Of a stretch of DNA of 64,000 nt, positions 45,988-56,816 are shown in pieces. Position 1 is the stretch's first letter. Each line of letters begins with the position of its first letter. The DNA is from Escherichia phage ECP2309: sequence record PP464953.1; one strand, 5' to 3'. The notes under the pieces are model-generated. The model did no database searches. It had not been told where the DNA came from and saw nothing but the letters and a program-made list of their open reading frames with translations. Position numbers and translations under genes: made by a program.

Positions 45988-48900
45988 TTAACGAGAAAAG
46001 GTTGCGTAGGCTTCTAGACGATACTGCTGGTCACCAGGGAACATAACACCTATAGAGGCTGTCCCTAGAATCCTGCCTTCCCTTCCAGACTCCATTCTGA
46101 ACCCTACCCATCCTGAACTCCTTGCAGCCTCGATGTTGTCGCTATACCCGAAAGTGGCAAGATCGTCAACACCAGCCCCAAACAGCAACTGAAGCTGACT
46201 TCTCGGAAGCCCTATAATTTCAGGAATATACGCACCAAAGTACACCATCTGCCCTACCTTAGGACCGCTGCCGTACTCCATCGGTTTGCTTGTAGAGAAA
46301 GTCTTCATACCAGAAGTACCTGCCGGATTAGGGTATGCCCCGTTTGTTGCTGTACCTATCCACATTCTCCACTGTGGTGCCATCTGTTTAACAGTAAAAG
46401 ATGTTGAGGACGTTTTGCGGCCTGCATCATCTGTAACTACAAACTTTATGGTGACATTCCCAGTAGCTTTAAATGTTACCAGTCCTGTGGTAGCATCCAC
46501 TGTTGCAATGTTGGTATTGCTACTTTCCCAAGTCTTTCTAATCCCAGATACGTTGGAAGGGGTAATAGAAGGTTCCTGCATCTGCAGTTTACCGCCCACA
46601 ATCCCTATGCCGTTGCCAGGATTATACAGTGCACCAACCTCGTCTATAATGTTCCCTGCTTTGAGACTATACTTCCTTGAGAAATTGTAGGTTCCGTTAT
46701 AAGTGTGTGTCCCTGAGAAGGTGACATCTGCCTTCCCGTAAGAGATGCAAACCAACGCATACTTCCTGTCAGGCAACGTTTCTCCAGTCTCTGGGTGAGT
46801 TTTACCTACCTGGAACACACTCGGGTCAGTAGAGTCGTGACTATCACTAACGGAGCTTGGACCGCCCATCAACTGTGACAAACAATTCCTTACCCATGTC
46901 CAGTTATTATCGCTGGAGAAGTCCACAGTCAAATCAAACACAACCCACTCATTTGGCTTCCACACAGGTGTTGTAATGGACTTGCCTACACCACCTCCTT
47001 GGAGTGTTGCCGACTGTTCAGTGATCAGGGCCGCATAGGCCAGAGTTCCTAAACTCAGAGTCTGGCTTGCTGTCCTCACTACCTTAGAATCAGCATCTGT
47101 GAAGTTGTTGATGATTTGGAATGTGCCATAAGTGTTTTTACAGGTAATTCTGGCGTTCAGTGTGTCAATCTTCCTCACATCTGCCATAGCAGTGTTAGAC
47201 ACAGAGAAGTCAGAAGCTTTAGCTGAGTTTGCCGCAACAGCAGGATCAACGTTAAGAGTTGCGTTGAACTGACAAGCAGGAGTAACCAGTAGCTTGTTAT
47301 CACCTATTTGCTTCCATGAAACACTTTGAACAGGGAGATTCCATTTAATACCTGAGAAAACCTTAGCAACCCTTGGCCCCAAAGCTCCAGTCCTGTTGTC
47401 TTTACAGCACATAGACATGGTGATCGTTGACGGAGTGGCCTGACCAAATAATTGCTGTGCTTTTGCAGAGGACATAGTGTAGAAATTGTCCTTAACAAAC
47501 TCATCAGCAGCTAAAGATCCATCAGCTCTCCACCACTGAACCTGATACCCTGTTTTGTCCCAACCACCGACCTGCTTCAAGTCCTCCCAGGAGATTTCCA
47601 GATCCCCGGTGGTAGGATTGATTGCAGCAGTTCCTGGTGTTCCAGATGACCATATTGGAATATCGAACCACGCTGGTTTAACCGACTGCACTGCGCTGGG
47701 ACCTATTGCGGCAGCAAGTTGCTGGCCCATCAATACGCGAGCATCTTTCACCAGACCCCACTCAATCATAGACCCAGAGTAACCTTCTTTCTTGTAGGCT
47801 GAGGATCCGTTCAAATGGATGAGTCGGCTTGTGCCAAAGTTATGTGCTCCACCACCGTTGTCGTCTGCAAAATTGGTTATGATTCTGTCCCTGATATTTT
47901 TCCATGCCCTGCCTCCAATCTCGTAGTCATGGTCATAACATCTTTGCAGTGTTGTCCAGCAAATGATCGCCATCCTTCTACCATTGCTGAAGCCAAAGGC
48001 CTGATCGTTAAGCTCTCTCCACAAGTAGCAGTTGGTGGTCCACATGGCCCTATGAATGTTAAACCAGTTTATAGATTTGGCTGAGTTGTTCCACTGAGTC
48101 CCAGGTAATTCAGGCCATACTGCATTAACCAGCATGTCTTCTGTTCCTGCATCAACCAAGAACCCTCTCACCTTCTTACCCATGCCTACCCTATCTTTTG
48201 CAATCCAACTGCCAAACAATCTCAGTTTTGGACCGTAGACAACATCTTCCGGATGCTCAAAAGAAATATATTTTAGGTATATTGTAGGGTCACCATAGGT
48301 GCCATCACAAACAGCTTTGTGCATGTTCTCACCAAGGTCTAGACGAAGTCCTGTTACAACTCTAGACGTGTCGGTGAATTTGTCTGTTAAATCAAACTCA
48401 TACCACCACCAACCTGCACCCAACAATACTTTCTTACAACGCTGTGCATCTGTATCAGATATTCTCTTATCGCCTGCAAAAGGTGAGTCAGCAAACTGAT
48501 AGTGCAGAGCAACCTCAAAAGGATGTGTGGATGTCCCGTTTTCTGCAAGAACTTGTTTACCTATCAGGTCGCACTTAATGATCATCACAACACGTTTGTA
48601 TCCGTTTGTTACCGGAATTTGCATGGACATGGATGTCCCATCCATGTTTGATCTCAGTGCAGTCATGATGATATAAGGGTCAACGGCATTGCCCAAAGTC
48701 TCAGGACCGGGGATTATCTTATACTTCTTGACCTGCCCCATGATGTAGTCACTTGCGTAAGTTGCCTCATTCAAGCAAGATCCTCCACCAGGTAACTCAC
48801 CAGGTCCCCAGAAAAATGCGCCGTAACAGTTGTAGAACCACTTGTTAGGATCGTATTTATTCTTGAAGGTCTGAACCTCGTTGGCCTGTTTTGTCAAGAA

Positions 48901-51624
48901 AACCTGCGTGTCTGTGAAGATTGCAGGGTTTACTCTCGCCTGTCTTGGAGGGTAACCTGTAGTTTGGTTAAACCACAAATTACAAGAGTAATCCCTCATA
49001 TAGTCATAATCAGAGTATTTGTTTACATCTTCGTTCCAACACATGTTTAGGTTGGTACCGCCCATGCATACAATATATTCTGCGACATACTTATCACTTC
49101 TGGTAGGAATACCTATGAACCATCTGTTAACAGGCTCATCCCAAGCTGTGCGCTCATCTTTAACGCAGATAGCAATCCAGTCATGTGTTCCTGTTTTCTT
49201 GCACACATCTCGCTTCATACCATAGTAGAACTCTTTAGTATTCGGCTCAGGTGCATTTATCAGGTAACTCCATGCCTGATTTGCATAAGTTCCATTGGTG
49301 CGTGGATCATGATCAAAGGCATACATGATGATCCTTTCCCCACCAAGATGTTCGCCAAGAGTAACTTTGACATTCACATCGCCGTAACCATTGCGAACAA
49401 CATCCATATTGTCAATAGAGATGCCTCTGGGAGTGTAGGCAATCTTCAGCGAGTTATCCTCACTAGTGCCACCAAGTGTAATCCCTATGTTGTTTGTTGT
49501 CCCGTCGGCATATCTTACTGTGGCTTCCCAGCGTATTCCGAAATATCCTGCATCATGGCTAACAATTTTCAGTGTACGAGCACCAGAGTTAGGTTTTCCA
49601 GGATCAGGCCAAGGATTTGGATGTTCATGGACAGTCAACGATGTCCCGTTTTGCTCGTTGACCTGCAACATTTTACCGCCTCTGCCGTTAGGGTTGAACT
49701 CCCACAAGGCTTGTGTTTTCACAATATTGTCATACGTGGTACGTCTCTGATCGTAGATCTCCTGAGTCACATCGTAGGTTACAGACCCGGCATCCATTCT
49801 ATGGAGTCGTACTATATACGATGTATCGCCTTCTACAGCAGGTTGAGCTGCGTTAAGCCCGAAGTATACAGTATCGTTGACATGGAACTGTTTGTTTCTA
49901 CCGACAGTATGCCACTTGCCGTTGGACGGGTACGCTGGGACGATAGTGTTCCAGTTCAAAGTCCTTGTTGTGTGGGTTCTGCCTGTGCCATGTTTGTCAT
50001 GATAGGTTATTTTTACAGAGTACAGTCCACGTCTGTTAACATTTCTGTTATATTGGGTAACAACAACTTCGTTGGCCCCGCCGTGGTTCCAGTTGGTGGA
50101 GAATTGGTAATTTGCATCTGTAACAACCGTGCCTGCAGCATTTACCAGTTCAATCTTGTCAATAATGAACGTAGCCCCCTCTGGCTGAGGCTTCAATTTC
50201 ATCTTGACCGTGTCACCAATGTAAATATTGCTAACGCTGCTAACACCGTTAACTTCGAAAATATCATCAACACCCCAACTGTCTACTGGGACATTTTTAT
50301 ACCAATTCTCAGGAACCTCTGTGAACCCCTGGCTATTAAGTCTGCCGCCAAACAGGTTGTTAGATCCTGCAAAACTTCCCCTTGGGATGCCTGACCACCA
50401 AAGTTTACCATTAACAACAGTAAAGGTTCCTAAGAAACCTTCTCTGTGGATGCCTTGGAAATAAACACTCTCTGTCCAGCTAACTGGCAGGCGTTGCTCA
50501 ACATATTTAGCTGTAGCAAGAGCTTGATAGTGGATAAAATTAGCCCTAGGGCTATTGTTTGCAGATTGTGCACCAATATCATTACACAAGTTGCGAGAGA
50601 ATCCACGATACTGTTTAGTGCCATTATTGAAGAAAATGCCACTTGTGCCATATCCACGAGCCATTATCACCTCATGGGTGTAGGTGATATTTAAGGAACG
50701 CCATGTGTCATCTCCCCAGACGTCTTGCCCGTAGAATACGTTAACAAGCTGCTGGTCATTGGGTTTGTGCATCCTCTGTGTGGCAATTATTGCCCCGTTA
50801 GGGCCACACATAAACCCTTTCCACTCCTCATCTGCAGGAATGCCCCTCAAATCGTTACGAGTAATCTGCACAGGGGGCCAAACAAGGTCGTTTCTACTGT
50901 TATTTCTCAGAAAGTCGTATCCAGCAATCCAGAAACCCCTAGGACCACCGAAAATAACAGAATTGTCATGCACCTCGCAGTTGATGCTTGGGTTTTTCCA
51001 AGGTCCTGTTTCAGGATTTTCCGATGTCTCACCAATCTTCACAGGGGTTGCATGCTGATTTTTATCTACATGTAAAGATCCGTAGGTGTTGTTACCAGAT
51101 CCATACAGGTTAAGTATGCCAGTACCTTCTGCCTCTGCAATAACCCAGACAGTGTTGTTAATACCGCCCATCACCTCAATAAGGCGTTCTGGGTGGGTGT
51201 CAAGGTGCAATCCTTTAACAATCTGCTCTGGGAGTGGTGTCCACTCGTTTACGCAAACATCATTACCGCCTGCAGCAGTGGATCCGATAAGACCTGCAGT
51301 GCAGCCGATGTAGAAAAACTGGTTATCAAAAGTCCGGATCACAAACGCGCGGTCTGCTCTCCACACATGATCAACATTCCAGGCTGTTTCGCTCGGATAG
51401 TTTATAGGGCTACGATCCCCAGTGCGGCACTCTCCGAACTTGTTATAGCCGGTAATATTAAGCTGACCATCATCAAAAAGTATAGCTAAGCTATTTACAT
51501 AGGATACTGTGTTGCTTGTACCATCACTGTTGTCTATTGGGTATGACAGAACAGCAAGTTCCTTAATTCCACCCCTCTTATCGAGGAAATGACGACCAAG
51601 TTTTAGCAAAGGGATTGGAAGCAT
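45988..51624 (-). CDS. giant virion structural protein (tail/fibre-associated) with Ig-like segment
   Basis: 1878 aa; last gene of the virion module; segment TWESSNTNIATVDATTGLVTFKATGNVTIKFVVTDDAGRKT resembles a bacterial Ig-like (Big_2) repeat. Confidence 0.75.
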   Translation of the reverse strand: MLPIPLLKLGRHFLDKRGGIKELAVLSYPIDNSDGTSNTVSYVNSLAILFDDGQLNITGYNKFGECRTGDRSPINYPSETAWNVDHVWRADRAFVIRTFDNQFFYIGCTAGLIGSTAAGGNDVCVNEWTPLPEQIVKGLHLDTHPERLIEVMGGINNTVWVIAEAEGTGILNLYGSGNNTYGSLHVDKNQHATPVKIGETSENPETGPWKNPSINCEVHDNSVIFGGPRGFWIAGYDFLRNNSRNDLVWPPVQITRNDLRGIPADEEWKGFMCGPNGAIIATQRMHKPNDQQLVNVFYGQDVWGDDTWRSLNITYTHEVIMARGYGTSGIFFNNGTKQYRGFSRNLCNDIGAQSANNSPRANFIHYQALATAKYVEQRLPVSWTESVYFQGIHREGFLGTFTVVNGKLWWSGIPRGSFAGSNNLFGGRLNSQGFTEVPENWYKNVPVDSWGVDDIFEVNGVSSVSNIYIGDTVKMKLKPQPEGATFIIDKIELVNAAGTVVTDANYQFSTNWNHGGANEVVVTQYNRNVNRRGLYSVKITYHDKHGTGRTHTTRTLNWNTIVPAYPSNGKWHTVGRNKQFHVNDTVYFGLNAAQPAVEGDTSYIVRLHRMDAGSVTYDVTQEIYDQRRTTYDNIVKTQALWEFNPNGRGGKMLQVNEQNGTSLTVHEHPNPWPDPGKPNSGARTLKIVSHDAGYFGIRWEATVRYADGTTNNIGITLGGTSEDNSLKIAYTPRGISIDNMDVVRNGYGDVNVKVTLGEHLGGERIIMYAFDHDPRTNGTYANQAWSYLINAPEPNTKEFYYGMKRDVCKKTGTHDWIAICVKDERTAWDEPVNRWFIGIPTRSDKYVAEYIVCMGGTNLNMCWNEDVNKYSDYDYMRDYSCNLWFNQTTGYPPRQARVNPAIFTDTQVFLTKQANEVQTFKNKYDPNKWFYNCYGAFFWGPGELPGGGSCLNEATYASDYIMGQVKKYKIIPGPETLGNAVDPYIIMTALRSNMDGTSMSMQIPVTNGYKRVVMIIKCDLIGKQVLAENGTSTHPFEVALHYQFADSPFAGDKRISDTDAQRCKKVLLGAGWWWYEFDLTDKFTDTSRVVTGLRLDLGENMHKAVCDGTYGDPTIYLKYISFEHPEDVVYGPKLRLFGSWIAKDRVGMGKKVRGFLVDAGTEDMLVNAVWPELPGTQWNNSAKSINWFNIHRAMWTTNCYLWRELNDQAFGFSNGRRMAIICWTTLQRCYDHDYEIGGRAWKNIRDRIITNFADDNGGGAHNFGTSRLIHLNGSSAYKKEGYSGSMIEWGLVKDARVLMGQQLAAAIGPSAVQSVKPAWFDIPIWSSGTPGTAAINPTTGDLEISWEDLKQVGGWDKTGYQVQWWRADGSLAADEFVKDNFYTMSSAKAQQLFGQATPSTITMSMCCKDNRTGALGPRVAKVFSGIKWNLPVQSVSWKQIGDNKLLVTPACQFNATLNVDPAVAANSAKASDFSVSNTAMADVRKIDTLNARITCKNTYGTFQIINNFTDADSKVVRTASQTLSLGTLAYAALITEQSATLQGGGVGKSITTPVWKPNEWVVFDLTVDFSSDNNWTWVRNCLSQLMGGPSSVSDSHDSTDPSVFQVGKTHPETGETLPDRKYALVCISYGKADVTFSGTHTYNGTYNFSRKYSLKAGNIIDEVGALYNPGNGIGIVGGKLQMQEPSITPSNVSGIRKTWESSNTNIATVDATTGLVTFKATGNVTIKFVVTDDAGRKTSSTSFTVKQMAPQWRMWIGTATNGAYPNPAGTSGMKTFSTSKPMEYGSGPKVGQMVYFGAYIPEIIGLPRSQLQLLFGAGVDDLATFGYSDNIEAARSSGWVGFRMESGREGRILGTASIGVMFPGDQQYRLEAYATFSR

Positions 51625-51672
51625 TGTGTTCTCCAGATAAGAAAACCGCCCCGTCAGGAGCGGTTAGATATA

Positions 51673-53418
51673 TTAACGTTGTGCAATTACTACGTCTACG
51701 ATATCACCAACACCACAATACGTTAATTGCAGCAAGGTAACACTGTTAGCCTTGTTGTTAATAACAGGTGTTGCCGACAGGATAGCATACTTATCGTGCA
51801 AAGTCACGTTGTGACCTACAGCATCCTGAATTACATAGATAACCGCAGTGAATGGATAAGGTTTATCTTCCGCTGATGTCCCAGGCCACTGTCCTATTGT
51901 AAAATCCCCTTTCGCGTGAACAACATACATACTGGCCTGCCCGTTAGGTGTCCATGTCCCACTGGACGCGTCAACCTCCTCTAAATCAAAATCTACCTTT
52001 CCTGCGTGGAAAGTAGGGGCAGTAATGGTTTTACCCGCCTCAATTTCTTGAGAGGTGGTTATCTTGCCACTGGAGTTAATGCCATTACAGACAAAGTTGA
52101 CATTAGAGAAGTCAGGCAACCACCCAGTCACCGTGCCGGATATTTCAAGGTTGTGAACAGAGGTGGTGCCAGTCCCTGCTGCGTTTAAACTGACATCTCC
52201 ATTTACCTGCAAGTTGCGGGTAACGTTGCAGTTTTCAGAGTTTGCAGTTGTTGCAGTTAAAGTGGTTGTTGTCAGCTCGGTAATTACACCTTTGTTGGCT
52301 GTAAGCCCTTCTCCTTCAAAAGTTGCACGCTCATTGACTCTTAAGGTATTCAGAGCTATGTTTTGGATAGAGGCCGTACCTCGAATAACTACAGACCCGC
52401 CAATCTCCAAATCGCCATTTATCAATGCATCACCAGTGCTTTCAATATAGCTAGGATAGATCATGGTGCCATCGACAGAGTATGTTATCCCTGTAACGGT
52501 ACCTGTCACCTCAAGGTTCTTAACCCTGGTGGTCCCATCGACCTGCAATGTCGGTTCGGTTGCTGCCTTCATGGCATTACCACGAATGTACACGTAGTCA
52601 AAAAAGTTATTACCCAGACCATCAAAATGCACATCGTTATTATTAGCCACTGGTTTCCCAGAAGTTATAGTGTCAGCTATAACCCTGTGGGTGGACACTT
52701 CATGAGGTTGCAGCTCTGTACTTCTCCAGTCTGCATGCTTAGGATCGCTCCACGCAAAAGTAAGTGTAGAAGTATTTGCCGTGAGGATTAGATTCCTAAA
52801 GCGTGCAGTAGAATCTGCCCCATTAACAGGTCCATGTAAGGTAAGGGTGCCACCAACTATAGTGTTAGCGAGTTCTGTAAGACCTTTTACCACCAAAGAT
52901 CCTACAGTAACTTTCATCCCCTCCATGGCTTTAAATATGCTATCAACATAGTCAACAACAAACTCTGTGTTTGCTATGGACTCTGACTTATCGTCCATTG
53001 GAGGTGTAGGTACTCGCGGGTCACCTTCGAACCTTGGGCTGTTAAGTTTTGCGTAGTATTTTGCCATTACTGCAGAGTCGGTGTATAATCTCCAGTTTGG
53101 AGATTGTGAAGGATCTGCTGGCATTCTAACCGGGTTAGATTTTGATGCTGCTGGGGCGTACCACCACTGAGTGCCTGTATCCCCTTTAAACTCATACAAC
53201 TGGTTAAAAACTGTTGTGGATGCACCATACGCCCAAGGGATTGGTGGCGTTTTAAAATAAAGGGTGTCAAGCATGGCTTTTCGTACCGTAGGGATAGTGG
53301 TCCCATCCTCTACGACAACTTCATCCACAGCGTTACCGTTGACAATCAAGTGCAAACGTTCAGAATCAACAATTACTTGATCTACCGCCTGCTCGAAGCT
53401 TGTCATGTCTTGCGCCAT
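51673..53418 (-). CDS. tail fibre / tailspike-like protein
   Basis: 581 aa; long T/N/G-rich beta-strand-like repeats; position in the fibre cluster. Confidence 0.6.
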   Translation of the reverse strand: MAQDMTSFEQAVDQVIVDSERLHLIVNGNAVDEVVVEDGTTIPTVRKAMLDTLYFKTPPIPWAYGASTTVFNQLYEFKGDTGTQWWYAPAASKSNPVRMPADPSQSPNWRLYTDSAVMAKYYAKLNSPRFEGDPRVPTPPMDDKSESIANTEFVVDYVDSIFKAMEGMKVTVGSLVVKGLTELANTIVGGTLTLHGPVNGADSTARFRNLILTANTSTLTFAWSDPKHADWRSTELQPHEVSTHRVIADTITSGKPVANNNDVHFDGLGNNFFDYVYIRGNAMKAATEPTLQVDGTTRVKNLEVTGTVTGITYSVDGTMIYPSYIESTGDALINGDLEIGGSVVIRGTASIQNIALNTLRVNERATFEGEGLTANKGVITELTTTTLTATTANSENCNVTRNLQVNGDVSLNAAGTGTTSVHNLEISGTVTGWLPDFSNVNFVCNGINSSGKITTSQEIEAGKTITAPTFHAGKVDFDLEEVDASSGTWTPNGQASMYVVHAKGDFTIGQWPGTSAEDKPYPFTAVIYVIQDAVGHNVTLHDKYAILSATPVINNKANSVTLLQLTYCGVGDIVDVVIAQR

Positions 53419-53427
53419 GATTTCTCC

Positions 53428-53694
53428 TTAAGCTTTTTGCTCTTCGTTTTTAACGTGGTCAGGGTGCTGGCAACCCCACCGGAGCGAGATGAATTTGCTA
53501 ATAAGCTGGGGGCAGGCTACTGAAGGTGCATATATCCACGCATACCATTCAGGAAGCGTATCATTATACCCCATATGAATAAACACCCCAGTCATCACCG
53601 CCATGCCTATGTTCGACCATAGCTTAGATTGGGATACTTTCGTAGGGTCATCAGATGCCGCAACCAGTCCCCATAAAAACTGAGTTAGTTTCAT
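53428..53694 (-). CDS. small protein with one hydrophobic helix
   Basis: track ORF 88 aa. Confidence 0.45.
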   Translation of the reverse strand: MKLTQFLWGLVAASDDPTKVSQSKLWSNIGMAVMTGVFIHMGYNDTLPEWYAWIYAPSVACPQLISKFISLRWGCQHPDHVKNEEQKA

Positions 53695-53705
53695 TTACCC
53701 TCTTT

Positions 53706-54752
53706 TTAAGCATAAGATATAGTGATCCATTGACCGTTTACAAGTTTTTGGATAGCACCTGTCCAGTAATCACCTTGATAAGGGTGTTTATAAGCGTAGT
53801 TACCAGAGCACATCACATGTCCAGGGTAGACTCTTGACTCTCTGTAGGTGGTTTTGAAACGGTTTGCTATCCTTACATCGTCAACCCCTCTACTGGGCAT
53901 AGGGACAGTAAGGTTACCACTACCGTCTGCGCTGTTACCGTTTACCCTGCGGACCACGTTTCTTCCACCAACGGTTGCATATTGGCCTCTAACGGTTTCA
54001 TCGTTACAATCAACTCTTCCACCTATTTGAGCGCTTCCGCAGGATTGTTGTCCGTTAACAGTGGCTCTTGGTATCGTGACCGCATTGGCATTTGCAGAGG
54101 AACTTTTTGCATCGTTGCATTCAAGATTTCCTTGGATAGCCAGTCTTGCACGGTTGGCAGTTATAGCATTGAGCTTCATAGCCGAAAACACAGGCTGCCC
54201 ACCAGAAGGTTGAAATCTCCAACGGAACCCGTCTATTTGGTGAGAAGGATCATCAAGGTCTGTGCCGTCAGCACCACCGATGTTGTCCATAATCCAGAAA
54301 TCCATCGTCGTCTTGTCTGGCGTTATGGTGGTATATATTGCCGCACTGTCTGTTGACGCAGATGCAAACTCGATTCTTTGGAGACCTAAAGTTTGAGTCT
54401 GAGTCATTATGTCTCCAGACTTGTCAACATATAGATCGTCCATTTCTTCAGGTGAGTATACATTGAGAACTTGACGTGCAGCAGCTTTGTCTGGAACGTC
54501 TGCTAGATTATTAGTGACCCTTAAGAATCTATTATCCCATCCTGGGACAACATCTTCTGTTAAATGCTTCAACCACGCAGAAAGCATGTGAAGTTCAAAG
54601 TTAACAACTTCACATGCCATTCTTTGTGTCATATCCCAACCTTTCAATCTCTCTTCTTTTTTTGGTTGAGACTTATTCAACTCTCCCGTATTTTCAAGCA
54701 CAACATCCTGATTGGCCCAAATATCAAGAGGGATAACTGGTTTAGTCATCAC
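53706..54752 (-). CDS. tail fibre protein, paralogue A
   Basis: 348 aa; N- and C-termini shared with 55764-56804 (...QKLVNGQWITISYA). Confidence 0.7.
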   Translation of the reverse strand: MMTKPVIPLDIWANQDVVLENTGELNKSQPKKEERLKGWDMTQRMACEVVNFELHMLSAWLKHLTEDVVPGWDNRFLRVTNNLADVPDKAAARQVLNVYSPEEMDDLYVDKSGDIMTQTQTLGLQRIEFASASTDSAAIYTTITPDKTTMDFWIMDNIGGADGTDLDDPSHQIDGFRWRFQPSGGQPVFSAMKLNAITANRARLAIQGNLECNDAKSSSANANAVTIPRATVNGQQSCGSAQIGGRVDCNDETVRGQYATVGGRNVVRRVNGNSADGSGNLTVPMPSRGVDDVRIANRFKTTYRESRVYPGHVMCSGNYAYKHPYQGDYWTGAIQKLVNGQWITISYA

Positions 54753-54794
54753 GTTCTCCTGAGAAAATTCCTTAGGACTATTTTAACACTTTAG

Positions 54795-54828
54795 AGAACA
54801 AAATGCAAGAACGGAGTCCTTTCCGTTC
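54795..54828 (-). terminator. terminator-like hairpin
   Basis: GAACGGA-GTCCTT-TCCGTTC followed on minus strand by CTTGCATTTTGTTCT. Confidence 0.45.
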
Positions 54829-54838
54829 TGACCTTTGT

Positions 54839-55153
54839 TTACCTTTTACTATGCTCTACGAGCATGTGCAAAATCTTTTGTACATCAGCTCGGATGCCGG
54901 AGACATCTGTCCTGACATCCTGCTTAAGGTCGTTAATATCGGCCTCTAGCTTGCTTAACCGGGTCTCGATAACGGAATCAAGTCTATCTTTTGTAACCAT
55001 ACTGTTTTTCACTAAGATGAGGTCTTTCTCCAGTTCATCCAACCTCTGGGAAATGCCTTTCCATTTGGTGTGCCACTGGTTGAAAGCCCATACACAGATC
55101 GGGACAACGGTACCCATACAGATACCGTACAATGCCGCCAAATCCAACTCCAC
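54839..55153 (-). CDS. membrane-anchored coiled-coil protein
   Basis: track ORF 104 aa; N-terminal hydrophobic helix then heptad-like region. Confidence 0.5.
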   Translation of the reverse strand: MELDLAALYGICMGTVVPICVWAFNQWHTKWKGISQRLDELEKDLILVKNSMVTKDRLDSVIETRLSKLEADINDLKQDVRTDVSGIRADVQKILHMLVEHSKR

Positions 55154-55164
55154 AACACCTCCTC

Positions 55165-55749
55165 TTAGAGGGTAGGTCGCTCCGGGAAGAAAATGTCAGG
55201 GGCTTTAGATGTATCTATTTCAAGAAGTTTTACCCTGTACATTTTCAAATCTCTGATGTTACGTTTCTGGTCATCAGTAAGATCATATTCAAGGTCAATC
55301 ATGTCTTGATAGGCACCAATTCTAGCAGTAGCCCAAGCAAGTTCTGTCTCTATGACACCCTCTGCCTGTTGAACAAAGAATTCATTGTCTGTGACAAATT
55401 CATCACCAACTAAACGCAAAGCGTCGTGGTGAAGCATAATGTTTTCTGGTACCTCTTCTTTTTTGGCGATAACCACACGAAGACCTGGAGCAGGCCATAA
55501 GGCATCAGGTTCTTCTGTAGATGTCTTAAGAATTCCCTTCTCGTCAACAAGTAGGAAGATACAACCTGGATTTTCTTGTCGCAATGTTCGTGACTGCACA
55601 TACCAATCGCCATCATCATTACGTAAAAAATACCCAGTGTATGCGGTGTAATCCTCAACCTCTTGAGGGGTCAGCTCCTTGGTTTCCTTGTTGGCGTGGT
55701 ATTCGCCAGATCCCGGTTGGTAAAGTTTAAACTCTTGAAGTATTTTCAT
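55165..55749 (-). CDS. tail fibre assembly chaperone (Tfa family)
   Basis: C-terminus ...KMYRVKLLEIDTSKAPDIFFPERP matches the conserved Tfa C-terminal pattern. Confidence 0.8.
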   Translation of the reverse strand: MKILQEFKLYQPGSGEYHANKETKELTPQEVEDYTAYTGYFLRNDDGDWYVQSRTLRQENPGCIFLLVDEKGILKTSTEEPDALWPAPGLRVVIAKKEEVPENIMLHHDALRLVGDEFVTDNEFFVQQAEGVIETELAWATARIGAYQDMIDLEYDLTDDQKRNIRDLKMYRVKLLEIDTSKAPDIFFPERPTL

Positions 55750-55763
55750 GCTAGTCCTCCGAT

Positions 55764-56804
55764 CTATGCATAATTAACAGTGATCCATTGACCGTTTACA
55801 AGTTTTTGTAAAGGTCCTGCCCAGTAAGTTGAACCACGCATCTCTTTTTTGTCACCGAAATGCCAGCCTGTGACAACGTAGCCGTTGCGGATTGGAGATT
55901 CAGAAACGCCGTCCACAAGTCTTGCACCGATTCTGATGTCTTGCACACCTGTCTGCGGGATAGTGATCGTTACATCACCGTTACCGTTAGCCGTCACTCC
56001 GTTCACAGAGCGAACCACATTTCTGTTACCGACAACACAGTGCTGGCTTCTTACAACCATACTGTCACAACTTGCACCACCATTAACATATACTGACCCA
56101 GCCGTCAATTGACTAGCCACATTGCAGTTGGTGAATGTTGCTGTATTACTGATAGTAAGGTTATTACACCTCATGTTATCGACAACTTCAACATTGCCTA
56201 CCACTTTCAACAGCGCACGGTTAGCCGTGATCGCGTTAAGGTACATCAAAGTGAACTCTGGATTAATATCCGGCTGAGTTGGCTGGAATCTCCAACGAAA
56301 CGCATCTACTGTAGATGTACCGCCATCATCAAACGACCCGGTATTATCACTTAACCCAAAGTCGAGAGTTGTCTTATCTGGGCCAATAGTCGTCTCTATC
56401 CAAGCCTTATCTGTCTCGGCAGCTTTAAAGTTGATACGTTGCAAACCCAAGGGGCCTGTCATTGTATCACCTGTAACTTTTACATACCTGGCGTCTGCCT
56501 CTTCCTTGGTAATAATCCCAAGGTTTCTACGGGCAACAGGGATGTTCAAAAGATCACTCAAGTTATTATCACGTACCAGATAACGGCCTTCTTGAGCGGG
56601 GATCTGCTCGTCAGCAATATATTTTGCCCAAGTTCCGAGCATATTGAAAATATAGTTAAGTTCTTCACATGAGGGCTTTTGACCAAGATCCCAACCTTTT
56701 CTCCACAAATCATCAATCGGGCGTAGCCTGTTCTGTCTGTGGGTGTTAGGCAGAACCTGATCCTCCTCTGCCCAAATCTCTAATGGAAAACTAGGTTTTG
56801 ACAT
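55764..56804 (-). CDS. tail fibre protein, paralogue B
   Basis: 346 aa; shares termini with paralogue A; followed directly by the Tfa gene. Confidence 0.7.
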   Translation of the reverse strand: MSKPSFPLEIWAEEDQVLPNTHRQNRLRPIDDLWRKGWDLGQKPSCEELNYIFNMLGTWAKYIADEQIPAQEGRYLVRDNNLSDLLNIPVARRNLGIITKEEADARYVKVTGDTMTGPLGLQRINFKAAETDKAWIETTIGPDKTTLDFGLSDNTGSFDDGGTSTVDAFRWRFQPTQPDINPEFTLMYLNAITANRALLKVVGNVEVVDNMRCNNLTISNTATFTNCNVASQLTAGSVYVNGGASCDSMVVRSQHCVVGNRNVVRSVNGVTANGNGDVTITIPQTGVQDIRIGARLVDGVSESPIRNGYVVTGWHFGDKKEMRGSTYWAGPLQKLVNGQWITVNYA

Positions 56805-56816
56805 TTTATCTCCTGA

